Below, in pieces: positions 8,906 to 18,586 of a stretch of 64,000 bases of DNA (the first letter of the stretch is position 1; each line of letters begins with the position of its first letter). Below the pieces are notes generated by a model. It searched no databases and was not told where the DNA came from. It saw only the letters and a program-made list of their open reading frames with translations. The DNA is from Deltaproteobacteria bacterium (GTDB lineage Bacteria > Bdellovibrionota > FAC87 > UBA2466): contig OMIX01000081.1 of NCBI GenBank assembly GCA_900299195.1, forward strand, positions 1,407-65,406, written 5' to 3'. A program made the position numbers and the translations under genes.

Positions 8906-9949
8906 ATGGCATTAAATATAAAAGAGCTTAAACAAGAAGGTTTTGAGCAGGTATTTTTTGCTCAAGATTCCGCGGCAGGATTGTCGGCTATTATCGCGAT
9001 CCATAATACCCAATTGGGTCCAGCGTGTGGTGGAATTAGAATGCTACCCTACGCATCGCAACAAGATGCTTTGTACGATGTTTTGAGATTGGCGAAGGGA
9101 ATGTCGTACAAATCTGCTTTGGCGGGAATAAATTTTGGCGGTGGAAAAAGTGTGATCTTAGGAGATCCCAAGAGCAAGTCGAAAAGTCTTTTTCACGCTT
9201 TTGGAGATTTTGTTGAGACCTTTAAAGGCAGATACATTGCTGCCAAAGACATGAATATCGACAGTCCCGATCTGGCTTTAGTGAAGGAGAAAACTCGTCA
9301 TGTGCTGGGAGTTGAAGGCGAGCCAGGGACGAGTGGAGATCCTTCGCCAGTGACCGCTTTGGGCGTTTTTAGGGCGCTAGAAGCTACGGTTGAATTTCTT
9401 CATGGCACAAAAAAAATTGATGGGATTCGAGTCGCCGTTCAAGGCATTGGTCATGTGGGCTACGCTTTAGCAGCTTTAATCAAAAAAGCGGGCGGAGAGG
9501 TTTGGGTTACCGACACTAACAAATCGGTTATTGAAAAAGCTCAAAACGAACTTGGAGCCAAATTTATTCCTTTGGAAGAAATTTATGACCTCGATGTCGA
9601 TATTTTTTCACCGTGTGCTCGAGGAGCTATTTTAAACAAATTGACCATACCAAAATTGAAAGTGAAGGCTGTGGTTGGAGCTGCAAACAATCAGTTGGAA
9701 ACGCCTGAGGATGGAATACGTCTTCATCAAAAAGGAATTTTGTATGCTCCCGACTACGCGGTCAATTCCGGTGGGATTATCAATATCTTTGTGGAATCTC
9801 AGGGCTATGAGGAGAGCAAGGCTCTTAAGAAAACTGATGAAATCTATTTAACTATCAAAGAAGTTTTAAATCGATCGAAGGCACGCAATCAACCTACGTT
9901 TAAAGTCGCTGATGAATTAGCAGAAGAACGTCTGTATGGACAAAAATGA
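8906..9949 (+). CDS. leucine (Glu/Leu/Phe/Val-family) dehydrogenase
   Basis: 347 aa with GPACGGIRM, the catalytic-Lys motif GGGKSVI and the Rossmann motif VQGIGHVGYALA. Confidence 0.8.
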   Translation: MALNIKELKQEGFEQVFFAQDSAAGLSAIIAIHNTQLGPACGGIRMLPYASQQDALYDVLRLAKGMSYKSALAGINFGGGKSVILGDPKSKSKSLFHAFGDFVETFKGRYIAAKDMNIDSPDLALVKEKTRHVLGVEGEPGTSGDPSPVTALGVFRALEATVEFLHGTKKIDGIRVAVQGIGHVGYALAALIKKAGGEVWVTDTNKSVIEKAQNELGAKFIPLEEIYDLDVDIFSPCARGAILNKLTIPKLKVKAVVGAANNQLETPEDGIRLHQKGILYAPDYAVNSGGIINIFVESQGYEESKALKKTDEIYLTIKEVLNRSKARNQPTFKVADELAEERLYGQK

Positions 9950-10991
9950 AAGAAATGAAAAAGGGCATCCTTTCGGGATTCACCGAGTTTTAGATGCGCA
10001 AGTGGTGTTACCGCAAGCGGCCGAGAAACTTGATAATAGTTTGCCCATTTATTCCAATGAAATTCTTTTGCGAGTAGAAAAACTCAATATCGATGCAGCC
10101 AGTTTTGTGCAAATGGAAGAGGAAACGGGAGGAGACTCTCAAAAAATTGGAGAAGTAATTTTAAAAAATTGCGCCATTCGAGGTAAACAACACAATCGAG
10201 TGACGGGAAGTGGTGGAATGTTAGTGGGAGAAGTTGAAAGTGTGGGATCCCATTATCAAGGCCCTCTCAAATTTAAAAAAGGCGATAAAGTTGCAACTTT
10301 AGTTTCTTTGACACTCACGCCACTGCAAATTTCAAAAATAAAAACTATCAACATGAAAACCCACCAAATTGATGTGGATGGATTTGCTATTTTATTTGAA
10401 CAATCGATTGCCGCTATTCTTCCCGAGGATTTGCCTGAATCTCTTTCGATGGCCGTATTTGATGTTGCGGGAGCTCCAGCCACGGTGAACTCTTTAGCGG
10501 AAAAGGGAAACACTGTGGTGGTTGTAGGAGCGGGTGGAAAGGCAGGCCTTTTGTCGTGCCTTGCGGCTAGAAAAAAGGTTGGAAAAGAAGGCAAGGTGAT
10601 AGGTATTGAGCCAAGTCCCAAAGCTGCTGAAGCTTTAAGAAAACTCGAACTTTGTGATGTCGTAGCTCAAGTGGACGCCACCCATCCCATAGCTGTTCTT
10701 AATGAAATCGAAGGGCTAACTCGAGGTAAAATGGCTGATTTAGTCGTGAATGTGGCTTCAGTTCCGAATACTGAAATGGGATCTGTATTGGCGTGTCAAC
10801 CTAAAGGAAAAGTTCTCTTTTTTAGCATGGCCACTTCGTTTACTAAAGTTGCTCTAGGGGCTGAGGGGGTGGCTTCCAGTAGCCAATTGATTTTCGGTAA
10901 TGGGTATTTTCCAAATCACGCAAAGTTCTCTATAGAACTGCTTAAAAAACACCCGTCTTTGTTAGAGCTTTTTACTTCCCGATATTCCTAA
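9936..10991 (+). CDS. kdd: L-erythro-3,5-diaminohexanoate dehydrogenase-like
   Basis: 351 aa. GHPFGIHRVL..VLPQAAEKLDN...NIDAASF and TGSGGML.G.VE..G...VATLVSLTLTPL match my recollection of Kdd proteins, and VVVVGAGGKAG is a nucleotide-binding loop. It overlaps the upstream dehydrogenase gene by 14 nt. Confidence 0.55.
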   Translation: MDKNERNEKGHPFGIHRVLDAQVVLPQAAEKLDNSLPIYSNEILLRVEKLNIDAASFVQMEEETGGDSQKIGEVILKNCAIRGKQHNRVTGSGGMLVGEVESVGSHYQGPLKFKKGDKVATLVSLTLTPLQISKIKTINMKTHQIDVDGFAILFEQSIAAILPEDLPESLSMAVFDVAGAPATVNSLAEKGNTVVVVGAGGKAGLLSCLAARKKVGKEGKVIGIEPSPKAAEALRKLELCDVVAQVDATHPIAVLNEIEGLTRGKMADLVVNVASVPNTEMGSVLACQPKGKVLFFSMATSFTKVALGAEGVASSSQLIFGNGYFPNHAKFSIELLKKHPSLLELFTSRYS

Positions 10992-11120
10992 TCGAGCGCG
11001 TTAAATCTAAAGTGAGTTCATTTTTGCCTGGGCGCGACAAGTTACAGGTTTGGGGCAACTCATGTTAAAATTAAGAAAGTTAGTCCTCGAGAATTATCCA
11101 TCTATTAAAAAGGTAAAAAT

Positions 11121-12218
11121 ATGAAAGTTCCCTTACTCCAAATAACGGCTATAGGAGAATTTTCTCCTTGGGCTCGACAGTTTTTCACCGAATTTGAGGA
11201 GAAAGAGATCATCCAGGTTTCTTGGGAAAGCAGTGTGGATAACTTTTGTCGGAGTGCTCTTCCCGGTTCTAAACCCGCAGTGGTATTTATCGAAAATAGT
11301 CCAGAGAGCAAAAAGACGATAGAGAAACTTTGTACTTGCGGTAAAGCTATCTATCTGGGTTGGTTAGCCAAAAGTTTTTCAGTTCAGGATTTTTCGTTTG
11401 GGATGGAGTCCAGGGTTTATTGCATGATCGAATCTATCCGAATGGATGAGAAGAAGATCATTGGAGAACTTAAAAAGTTAGCAGCTCTAGTGGATTCCGA
11501 TGGCCAGTTTCAGCAAATTTTAAGAGCAATGAAGGCCATCTTATTACAAACCGAGGCCGAATTTCCTGAGATCCCCATGGTGGCTGAACTTCGAACTGCG
11601 GTCAAAAAGCTTGAGAGTTATGGACTCAATAATGAGCTTAATCATTTGAATCTTCAGCAGACCTCAGCAGGAGCGGAATCTCTATTTCACAAAAGCCAAA
11701 CCTTAGGAGAATCGTTAATTATTGTCTCTGAGCTGGGAAGAACTGGCACTCTCTGGGTTAAGGGAAAGACGAGCGACCAGGAGGGTAAAATAGAATTTCT
11801 TCAGGGGCGAGTGATTGAGGCTGTTTCTGGAAGTTGCGAGGGAATCAAGGCCATTTACCGAATGTTTCTATGGGATCAACCCAAATTCCTTTTCAATCGA
11901 AAAGATCCAAGAGAAGCCAACATCGCAAAGAATCTAGATATGGATCTCTTTCAGTTAGTGAGAAAAGGAAACTCAATCAAAGATCGATTTGAACGGATTC
12001 GCAAAGATATTCCACCTGCCGGACTCAAGCTAGAGGTCACTCCAGCGGCCATGTCCAAGGATGTGGCTCTTGCCCCAAACGAATTTCTCACCCTTTCGAG
12101 CGTGATAGAGCATGGAGTTGTTTCCCACGTCGTTGATTTTAATCCCATGCCCGATATTGATATTTACGAATCGTTGATTTCGTTAAAAAGAAATCAAATG
12201 CTAAGGAAATCGGCCTAA
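11121..12218 (+). CDS. DUF4388 (PATAN-like) domain protein with degenerate receiver-like N-terminus
   Basis: 365 aa. The central GTLWVKGK...GKIEFLQGRVIEAVSG..EGIKAIYRMFLWDQPKFLF resembles DUF4388. The N-terminal ~110 aa has a beta/alpha receiver-like pattern but lacks the acidic pocket (VVFIENS instead of a phospho-Asp context). Confidence 0.45.
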   Translation: MKVPLLQITAIGEFSPWARQFFTEFEEKEIIQVSWESSVDNFCRSALPGSKPAVVFIENSPESKKTIEKLCTCGKAIYLGWLAKSFSVQDFSFGMESRVYCMIESIRMDEKKIIGELKKLAALVDSDGQFQQILRAMKAILLQTEAEFPEIPMVAELRTAVKKLESYGLNNELNHLNLQQTSAGAESLFHKSQTLGESLIIVSELGRTGTLWVKGKTSDQEGKIEFLQGRVIEAVSGSCEGIKAIYRMFLWDQPKFLFNRKDPREANIAKNLDMDLFQLVRKGNSIKDRFERIRKDIPPAGLKLEVTPAAMSKDVALAPNEFLTLSSVIEHGVVSHVVDFNPMPDIDIYESLISLKRNQMLRKSA

Positions 12219-12261
12219 CAACTTTGTTTTCAGTTCTAATCTTTATTGATAGAAACACACC

Positions 12262-13032
12262 ATGAAAGCCTTTTTTGGAAAAGCGGTCAGCAAAGCTTTA
12301 AATGCCTCAGGTCTTTCAAAAGAAGAAGTGGCTTATAAAGTTCTTCCCCATTTTTTGCTGGAGATATTCACCAAATATTTGAGGGTGAATAGTGAAGGGG
12401 AAGAAAATATTCCCAAGAAGGGATCAGTCATTTTTATAGCCAACCACAGTGGGTTCATGGGGTTTGATGCTCTTATGATAGGGCATCAAATTTATCTTAA
12501 AACCCAACGGGTACCGAGAATTATTGCCCACAAACTATGGTTTTTAAGACCAGAAATTTCGGTACACGCTAAAAGATTAGGTCTCGTTCCTGCCACTTTA
12601 GATAACGGCCTAAAAATCTTAGAAAAGAAACAAGGGCTCATTCTTTTTCCCGAAGGGGAGGAAGGGAATTTCAAACCGACTCGATATCGATATCGTTTGC
12701 GTAGATTTCGAAGGGGTTTTATCAGGCTTGCACTTCAGACTGGAGCGCCCATAGTCCCGGTGGCAGTGATTGGAGCTGAGGAAACTAATATCACTTTATC
12801 CCAAATTCGATGGGCCAAGGAACTTTTAGGCATTATTATTCCGGTTCCCTTGAACGTGATTCCTTTGCCTGCTAAATGGCACATTAAGTTTCTTAAACCC
12901 ATTTACCTAGAAAAAAATAGAGAGAAAGCAAACGACATGGAATATGTGACTAAACTCAGTCGACAAATCCGTTTGCGTCTCCAAAGAGATCTCCATAAAG
13001 AACTTAAAAAAAGAGACCGTATTTTTTTATAA
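12262..13032 (+). CDS. lysophospholipid (1-acyl-sn-glycerol-3-phosphate) acyltransferase family protein
   Basis: 256 aa with ANHSGFMGFD (an HX4D-like block), FPEGEEG and PIVPVAVIG blocks typical of the PlsC family. Confidence 0.65.
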   Translation: MKAFFGKAVSKALNASGLSKEEVAYKVLPHFLLEIFTKYLRVNSEGEENIPKKGSVIFIANHSGFMGFDALMIGHQIYLKTQRVPRIIAHKLWFLRPEISVHAKRLGLVPATLDNGLKILEKKQGLILFPEGEEGNFKPTRYRYRLRRFRRGFIRLALQTGAPIVPVAVIGAEETNITLSQIRWAKELLGIIIPVPLNVIPLPAKWHIKFLKPIYLEKNREKANDMEYVTKLSRQIRLRLQRDLHKELKKRDRIFL

Positions 13033-13100
13033 CCCGCCTAAGACATCCCGCATCCCTCAGACACAAGACAAAATTCCAGTAACCTGTTATCCACCCCGTC

Positions 13101-14627
13101 ATGGTAATTAAAACATTCAGTTCAGCCGTTGAGGGTATTGAAGGAGCTAAAGTTCAGATTGAAGCAGTTGCATTTAATGCCCTTCCTCAAATTTTGATGA
13201 CCGGACTTCCAGGGGAGGTCGTTAAAGAGAGTCGAGAGCGGGTAAGAGCCTGTTTGATGAACTTGGGATTTGATTTACCCAATAGAAAAATCCTTGTTCA
13301 CTTGTCCCCAGCGAGCGTTAAAAAACACGGAAGCCATTATGATCTTGCGATTACTTTAGCTGTGCTCGCGTGCGAGTCGAAACTGAAACAAATACCTTTG
13401 GAGCCCTTTGGATTTCTGGGAGAGCTATCATTGGAAGGTAGGTTGAGTCCAGTGAAAGGGGCGCTTCCACTGATTGAAGTTTTGGTGCAAGATCCCAAAA
13501 TTCGAAAAGTGATCATCCCTAGAGGTAATGAGCCGGAAGGAGCGTTATTAAATAGTGGAAAAATTGTGTTAGCTGATACCTTGGAAGAGGTGATTCAATT
13601 TATTCAAGGGCAAAGAGAGTTAGCGTTGTGTTCTCAAAAAATATCGGATGAGCCCCAAGAAATAAATCCTGTGTTTGACCAAGTGATTGGGCAAAGTCTG
13701 GCTAAGCGAGCTTTGCAAATTGCTTTGGCTGGAAGACATCCTTTACTGTTAGTGGGGCAACCGGGAGTGGGAAAAAGTATGTTGTCTTTGAGTGCCCGAG
13801 AGCTTTTACCCAAAATGAGTGCTGATGAATTCATCGAGGTTTTAAAGATCTACAGTGCTTCCTCTGTCGAAGCGGAGGGCTTAATTCAAACCAAGAGACG
13901 ACCTTTTCGAGCTCCTCATCATTCCATTTCGGCGAACGCTCTGTTGGGTGGGGGCATGGGAACTGTGATGCCCGGGGAAATTAGTTTGGCCCATCATGGG
14001 CTTTTATTTCTTGATGAATTTCCGGAATATCGGCGAGATGCTATTGAAGGTTTGAGAGAGCCGATGCAAAGTGGAGTGTTGAATTTGACCCGAGTAGGAA
14101 AGGCGATGAGCTTTCCTGCACGATTTACTCTCATAGCTGCGATGAATCCTTGTCCCTGTGGAATGTATTCAATCTATGAGAATCAATGTCGTTGCACCCC
14201 TGAAAAAAAAGCGCAGTATCGAAAGAAACTCTCGTCACCTATATTAGACAGAATGGCTTTGATGGTTTACATGACAAGTTCTTTAGACAATGAAAGTGGC
14301 AAAGATGTTCTGTGTTTTAAGTCGGCAAAAACCACTGTTGAAATAGCTTTTAAAATTCAAAACAAACGATATCAAAACTCTAAGGCCACAATCACCAATG
14401 GGTGCATTGAAAATCTTCAATCCGTAGAAGGATTTCAACTCAAAAATCATTCGGAGGATTGGCTAAAACAAAAGAAGCTTGAAAATCGTTTAAGTTTTCG
14501 TCGACTTCATCAAATCATCAAAGTAGCACGGACTATTGCGGATTTAGAGGAAAGTAATCAGATCGAACACCCTCACGTTTTAGAAGCTTGGAATCTAAGA
14601 TGTTTCGATTTTTATCAAATTCACTAG
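13101..14627 (+). CDS. comM: YifB/ComM family Mg-chelatase-like AAA+ ATPase
   Basis: 508 aa with a Lon-protease-like N-terminal domain, Walker A GQPGVGKSM, Walker B LLFLDEFPE and the CPCG cysteine cluster. Confidence 0.85.
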   Translation: MVIKTFSSAVEGIEGAKVQIEAVAFNALPQILMTGLPGEVVKESRERVRACLMNLGFDLPNRKILVHLSPASVKKHGSHYDLAITLAVLACESKLKQIPLEPFGFLGELSLEGRLSPVKGALPLIEVLVQDPKIRKVIIPRGNEPEGALLNSGKIVLADTLEEVIQFIQGQRELALCSQKISDEPQEINPVFDQVIGQSLAKRALQIALAGRHPLLLVGQPGVGKSMLSLSARELLPKMSADEFIEVLKIYSASSVEAEGLIQTKRRPFRAPHHSISANALLGGGMGTVMPGEISLAHHGLLFLDEFPEYRRDAIEGLREPMQSGVLNLTRVGKAMSFPARFTLIAAMNPCPCGMYSIYENQCRCTPEKKAQYRKKLSSPILDRMALMVYMTSSLDNESGKDVLCFKSAKTTVEIAFKIQNKRYQNSKATITNGCIENLQSVEGFQLKNHSEDWLKQKKLENRLSFRRLHQIIKVARTIADLEESNQIEHPHVLEAWNLRCFDFYQIH

Positions 14628-15367
14628 ATGAAAGCTTGGCTTTTTTGTTTTCACCGAGCTGTCCGATTTGTGAATTATTCACTGGGTCTGTAGGATTATG
14701 CTCTAGATGTTCTGTCTTTAGCGAGGTGGGCGAAGAGATTTGCTGTTTCTGCAGCCGACCTCAGATATCCTGCACACTCGGTAACCAAGAATGTAAAAAA
14801 AGATGGGGTAATCTGGTAGAGAGTGTGAGAAGTCCCTGGTGGCTGAATGAGGAGGCAAAAAGACTATTATTCCTCATTAAGTTTCAAAAGCGTTTTGAGT
14901 GGATGAGCGTTTTTAGAGAACGATTATTAAACATCGCACTACCGGATGAGCTACGCGGTGGGGTGTTAGTTCCAGTACCAGTCCATCCTAAAAGACTATT
15001 AGGGCGAGGATTTAATCAAACCGAAATTCTGGCCCATTATCTTTCATTGAGCTGGAATATTGAGGTTGAGTATCGTTTGAAAAAGGTGAAGGAGACTCGG
15101 GCACAGAGTCAAATGACCCGGGCTGAAAGAAGCAGAAATCTGATCGATTCCTTCGAATGGGATGACTGCAAAACCCCACCCCCTAAAGTCATCTTAGTAG
15201 ATGATGTGTTTACGACCGGAGAGACCGTGCGAAGATGTGCCAGTGTTTTAAAGGAACGAGGCGCGAAGTTAGTCTTCGTTTGGGCTTTATTTCGGACCAT
15301 TCCCCACAATGAGGGCCTAGAAATGGCTTCATCATTTCGGGGTTTAACCCAAAAAAAATCTAATTAG
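14600..15367 (+). CDS. comF: ComF family phosphoribosyltransferase-domain protein
   Basis: N-terminal Cys pairs (CPIC...CSRC), a GRGFNQ motif and the PRTase loop VILVDDVFTTGET. The ATG at 14600 is preferred over the TTG at 14588. It overlaps the comM 3' end. Confidence 0.75.
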   Translation: MFRFLSNSLDESLAFLFSPSCPICELFTGSVGLCSRCSVFSEVGEEICCFCSRPQISCTLGNQECKKRWGNLVESVRSPWWLNEEAKRLLFLIKFQKRFEWMSVFRERLLNIALPDELRGGVLVPVPVHPKRLLGRGFNQTEILAHYLSLSWNIEVEYRLKKVKETRAQSQMTRAERSRNLIDSFEWDDCKTPPPKVILVDDVFTTGETVRRCASVLKERGAKLVFVWALFRTIPHNEGLEMASSFRGLTQKKSN

Positions 15368-17820
15368 GCTGCTTTATCAACGCTCTTGGCGACTCGTGAC
15401 CCACCTGTGCTTGAGGGACTGTGCGGTTCATCCTTAGCTTTTAGTTGTTTTGACCATTCTGCTGGGTCATGCACTAGAGCATTTTTAAGCACTTCGTGAA
15501 CATCCTTGGCTAGAACGAACTTGCATTTTTTTCTGAGTTCCTTTGGCACTTCATCAAGATCTTTATGATTGCGATGAGGAACAATCAGAGTGGTGATCCC
15601 ATGTCTTAAGGCCGCAAGAGTTTTCTCTTTAAGACCGCCGATGGGAAGAACATGGCCTCTGAGTGTCACTTCACCTGTCATGGCTACATCTTTACGAACT
15701 GGATTTCCAGTGAGTAATGAGATGAGTGCAGTGGTTAGAGTAATTCCTGCACTTGGGCCATCTTTAGGGGTCGCACCCTGGGGAACGTGCACGTGGATTT
15801 CGTAACGACTAAACATCTTTTCATCGATGCCATACCTTGAGGCCTTGCTACGCACATAGCTCAGGGCTGCCGTTGCCGATTCTTTCATCACATCTCCGAG
15901 AGAGCCGGTTAACGTTAATCCTCCTCCAGCTCGCTTCATCATTGTGACCTCAATATTGAGGATTTCTCCTCCAAATTGGGTCCAAGCTAAACCGGTTGCA
16001 ACGCCGACTTCGTCGTGTTCTCGTTCCTCTTCTTGTAAAAATCGAGGAGGACCGAGATATTTCGGAATCGACTGACCCGTCACAACAACTTTTGAAAGTT
16101 TTTTGTCAGACGTTGCGAATTTTCTAGCCACTTTCCTGCAGACGGTGGCCACCATTCTTTCAAGATTTCTCAAACCTGCTTCCTGAGTATATTGATTCAC
16201 AATTCTGGCGATGGCTTGATCTGTGATTTCAATATTCTCTGGTAGCAATCCATTTTCTTCGATCTGTTTTGAGATGAGAAACTGCCTTGTAATTTTGAGT
16301 TTCTCTTCTTGGCTGTAGCCTGCAAGTTGGATGACCTCCATGCGGTCTTTCAACGCCGCAGGGACGGTGTCCATCAAATTGGCTGTAGCAACAAACATTA
16401 CGTTAGATAAATCAAACGGCAAGTTGAGGTAGTGATCTCTAAAGCTGAAGTTCTGTTCGGGGTCTAGAACTTCAAGTAGAGCTGCCGCGGGATCACCTCG
16501 GAAGTCTGAACCTAGTTTATCAATTTCATCGAGCATGAAGATAGGATTGTTGCTCTCTGCCTGTTTTAAGCTTTGAACAATTCTTCCCGGCATAGCTCCC
16601 ACATAGGTTTTGCGGTGTCCTCTAACATCAGCTTCGTCTCTAATTCCGCCGAGTGATATGCGAACAAACTTCCTGCCCATAGCTCTTGCGATGGATTTAC
16701 CCAAAGAGGTTTTTCCCACTCCTGGGGGTCCCACAAAACAAAGGATTGGGCCCTTGGTTTTGCTTTTGAGTTTTCTCACTGCTAGGAACTCGAGAATTCG
16801 TTCTTTGATCTTTTTCAAGTCAAAGTGATCTTCATCCAATACTTTTTGAGCGTGAACAAGATCTAGGCAGTCTTCGGTTGACTTACTCCAAGGGAGATCG
16901 ACCAGCCAGTCCAAATAGGTACGGACGATAGTGGCTTCGCTCGCATCTTGATGCATTCTTTCCAGTCGGCCTACTTGTTTTATAGCCTCTTCGTAGACTT
17001 CGGGAGGCATTTTAGCCGATTCGATTTTATTTCTGAGCTCTTGGATTTCTTCGCTCTTCGACTCGTTATCGCCTAATTCTGTTTTGATAGCTCGAATTTG
17101 CTCTCGTAAGAAATATTCTCGTTGGCTTTTTGTCATTTCATCGCGAGCTTGATTGCGAATTCTCGCTTGCATTGCCAAAACTTCAAGCTCTTTTGATAGA
17201 ATGTCATTCACTCTTTTTAAACGAGTTACAGGATCGAACTGTTCTAAGATTTCCTGGGCTTCATTGACCTTAAGGCCAAGATTGGAAGCCACTAAATCTG
17301 CAAGCCTCCCAGCATCGGTGATGTCATCGACGACCATCAAGATGTCAGGTGAGAGCATTCGCCCCATCGATATTACCTTCTCGAGTTGCTCTTTGACGGT
17401 TCTCATTAAGGCTTCGACTTCTAAATTATCCCGGGTTGCCCCTTTTTCCTTAATGGTTTTTATGGTGGCTACAAAGAAAGGCTTTTCTTGGGTGAAATTA
17501 ACCGCCGTTCCTTTCATCAGACCTTGCACAAGAATCTTAACCCTTCCATCGGGTAGTTTTCTCATGCGCATGATCATCGCTACCGTTCCAACCGAATAGA
17601 TCGTCTCCGGATTTGGATTTTCATCGGTGATCTCTTTTTGTGCGGCTAAAAAGATGAGTCGATCTTTGGCAAGAGCCTCGTTGACAGCTCGAATAGATGG
17701 CTCTCTTCCTACAAAAAGAGGTAGTATCATATACGGATAAACGACTACGTCTCTTATAGGGAGTAGTGGTAACTCATCTGGAATGACTAGTTCTTCGTTT
17801 TCGGAGAACTCAGTTGACAT
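15364..17820 (-). CDS. lon: ATP-dependent Lon protease
   Basis: 818 aa with a Lon N-domain ([13 protein letters not shown]), Walker [10 protein letters not shown] and the catalytic-Ser motif [10 protein letters not shown]. Confidence 0.95.
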   Translation of the reverse strand: MSTEFSENEELVIPDELPLLPIRDVVVYPYMILPLFVGREPSIRAVNEALAKDRLIFLAAQKEITDENPNPETIYSVGTVAMIMRMRKLPDGRVKILVQGLMKGTAVNFTQEKPFFVATIKTIKEKGATRDNLEVEALMRTVKEQLEKVISMGRMLSPDILMVVDDITDAGRLADLVASNLGLKVNEAQEILEQFDPVTRLKRVNDILSKELEVLAMQARIRNQARDEMTKSQREYFLREQIRAIKTELGDNESKSEEIQELRNKIESAKMPPEVYEEAIKQVGRLERMHQDASEATIVRTYLDWLVDLPWSKSTEDCLDLVHAQKVLDEDHFDLKKIKERILEFLAVRKLKSKTKGPILCFVGPPGVGKTSLGKSIARAMGRKFVRISLGGIRDEADVRGHRKTYVGAMPGRIVQSLKQAESNNPIFMLDEIDKLGSDFRGDPAAALLEVLDPEQNFSFRDHYLNLPFDLSNVMFVATANLMDTVPAALKDRMEVIQLAGYSQEEKLKITRQFLISKQIEENGLLPENIEITDQAIARIVNQYTQEAGLRNLERMVATVCRKVARKFATSDKKLSKVVVTGQSIPKYLGPPRFLQEEEREHDEVGVATGLAWTQFGGEILNIEVTMMKRAGGGLTLTGSLGDVMKESATAALSYVRSKASRYGIDEKMFSRYEIHVHVPQGATPKDGPSAGITLTTALISLLTGNPVRKDVAMTGEVTLRGHVLPIGGLKEKTLAALRHGITTLIVPHRNHKDLDEVPKELRKKCKFVLAKDVHEVLKNALVHDPAEWSKQLKAKDEPHSPSSTGGSRVAKSVDKAA

Positions 17821-18026
17821 GGGAAACCTCGATGTTCATAGGTTTGAAATCAATACACCACTATGACTACAAGGTTATGATCGGACTTTTCTGGATTTTA
17901 CTTTATGTCTTTTTCTTGAAGTTTGAGAGAAACTTCATGAATGAAGAGGGGGTGGGTAATATGGCGCAGACGTGGCTATCCCTAGGGGTGAAAGGGTTAT
18001 TTATGGGATGATGGGGAGTTTAAGAA

Positions 18027-18392
18027 TTATTGCTGAGCGTAAATCTTTTTCTCTTCGATCTCTTGGGCTTCTTTGCAGCGGATACATAATTCAGCCATAG
18101 GTCTAGCTTCAAGCCGTTTGAGTTCGATGGCCTCTTCACAACCTTCGCAAATTCCAAAGGTTCCTTCTTCAATTTTGGCTAAAGCTAATTCAATTTTTTG
18201 TAGTAAGGATCTTTCTCGATCTCTTAGTTTCAATGCGACATTTTGATTTAGTTCAGACGAAGCTAGGTCTACTTCGTCGGCTAAATCATCGTGGCTCATT
18301 TGAAGGTCATCTTTTTTTTCAGAGTGGTTCAGTAAGCGACTCTTCTCTTCTAAAAGTTTTTCGGTGAAACGAGCGAGTTCTTTCTTTTTCAT
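18027..18392 (-). CDS. dksA: DksA/TraR family C4 zinc-finger transcription factor
   Basis: 121 aa with a coiled-coil region carrying the DEVDLA (DxxDxA) tip motif and the zinc finger CEGCEEAI...CIRC. Confidence 0.85.
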   Translation of the reverse strand: MKKKELARFTEKLLEEKSRLLNHSEKKDDLQMSHDDLADEVDLASSELNQNVALKLRDRERSLLQKIELALAKIEEGTFGICEGCEEAIELKRLEARPMAELCIRCKEAQEIEEKKIYAQQ

Positions 18393-18508
18393 AGGGAACG
18401 CTCCTTACGGCTCAGAAATAGAGCAGACGTCTGAAAGATGATTAGTCGTATCAACTTTCTTAGCTATTCAATTGTAATGGGAAACAAAAATGATAAAGCG
18501 TACTCTTA

Positions 18509-18537
18509 ATATTAACACTTCTATTTTATCATCTCAA
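18509..18537 (-). promoter_or_regulatory. candidate sigma70-type promoter upstream of dksA
   Basis: On the minus strand the sequence reads TTGAGA, a 17-nt spacer, then TAATAT, about 110 nt upstream of the dksA start. This is a by-eye match only. Confidence 0.3.
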
Positions 18538-18586
18538 GATGACGGTAGGTAATAAATTGTTTAACGATCTAAAATGAACCAGATTG

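Noticed and set aside
17821-18026. Heat-shock (sigma32) promoter or terminator upstream of lon, including hairpin GAAGTTT-GAGAG-AAACTTC at 17918-17936 and CCCCATCAT on the minus strand near 18007-18015.
   Set aside because: The -10-like CCCCATCAT has no CTTGAAA-like -35 at 13-17 nt spacing. The hairpin is followed by an A-run, not a U-run, in the dksA/lon transcription direction, so it is not a canonical intrinsic terminator.
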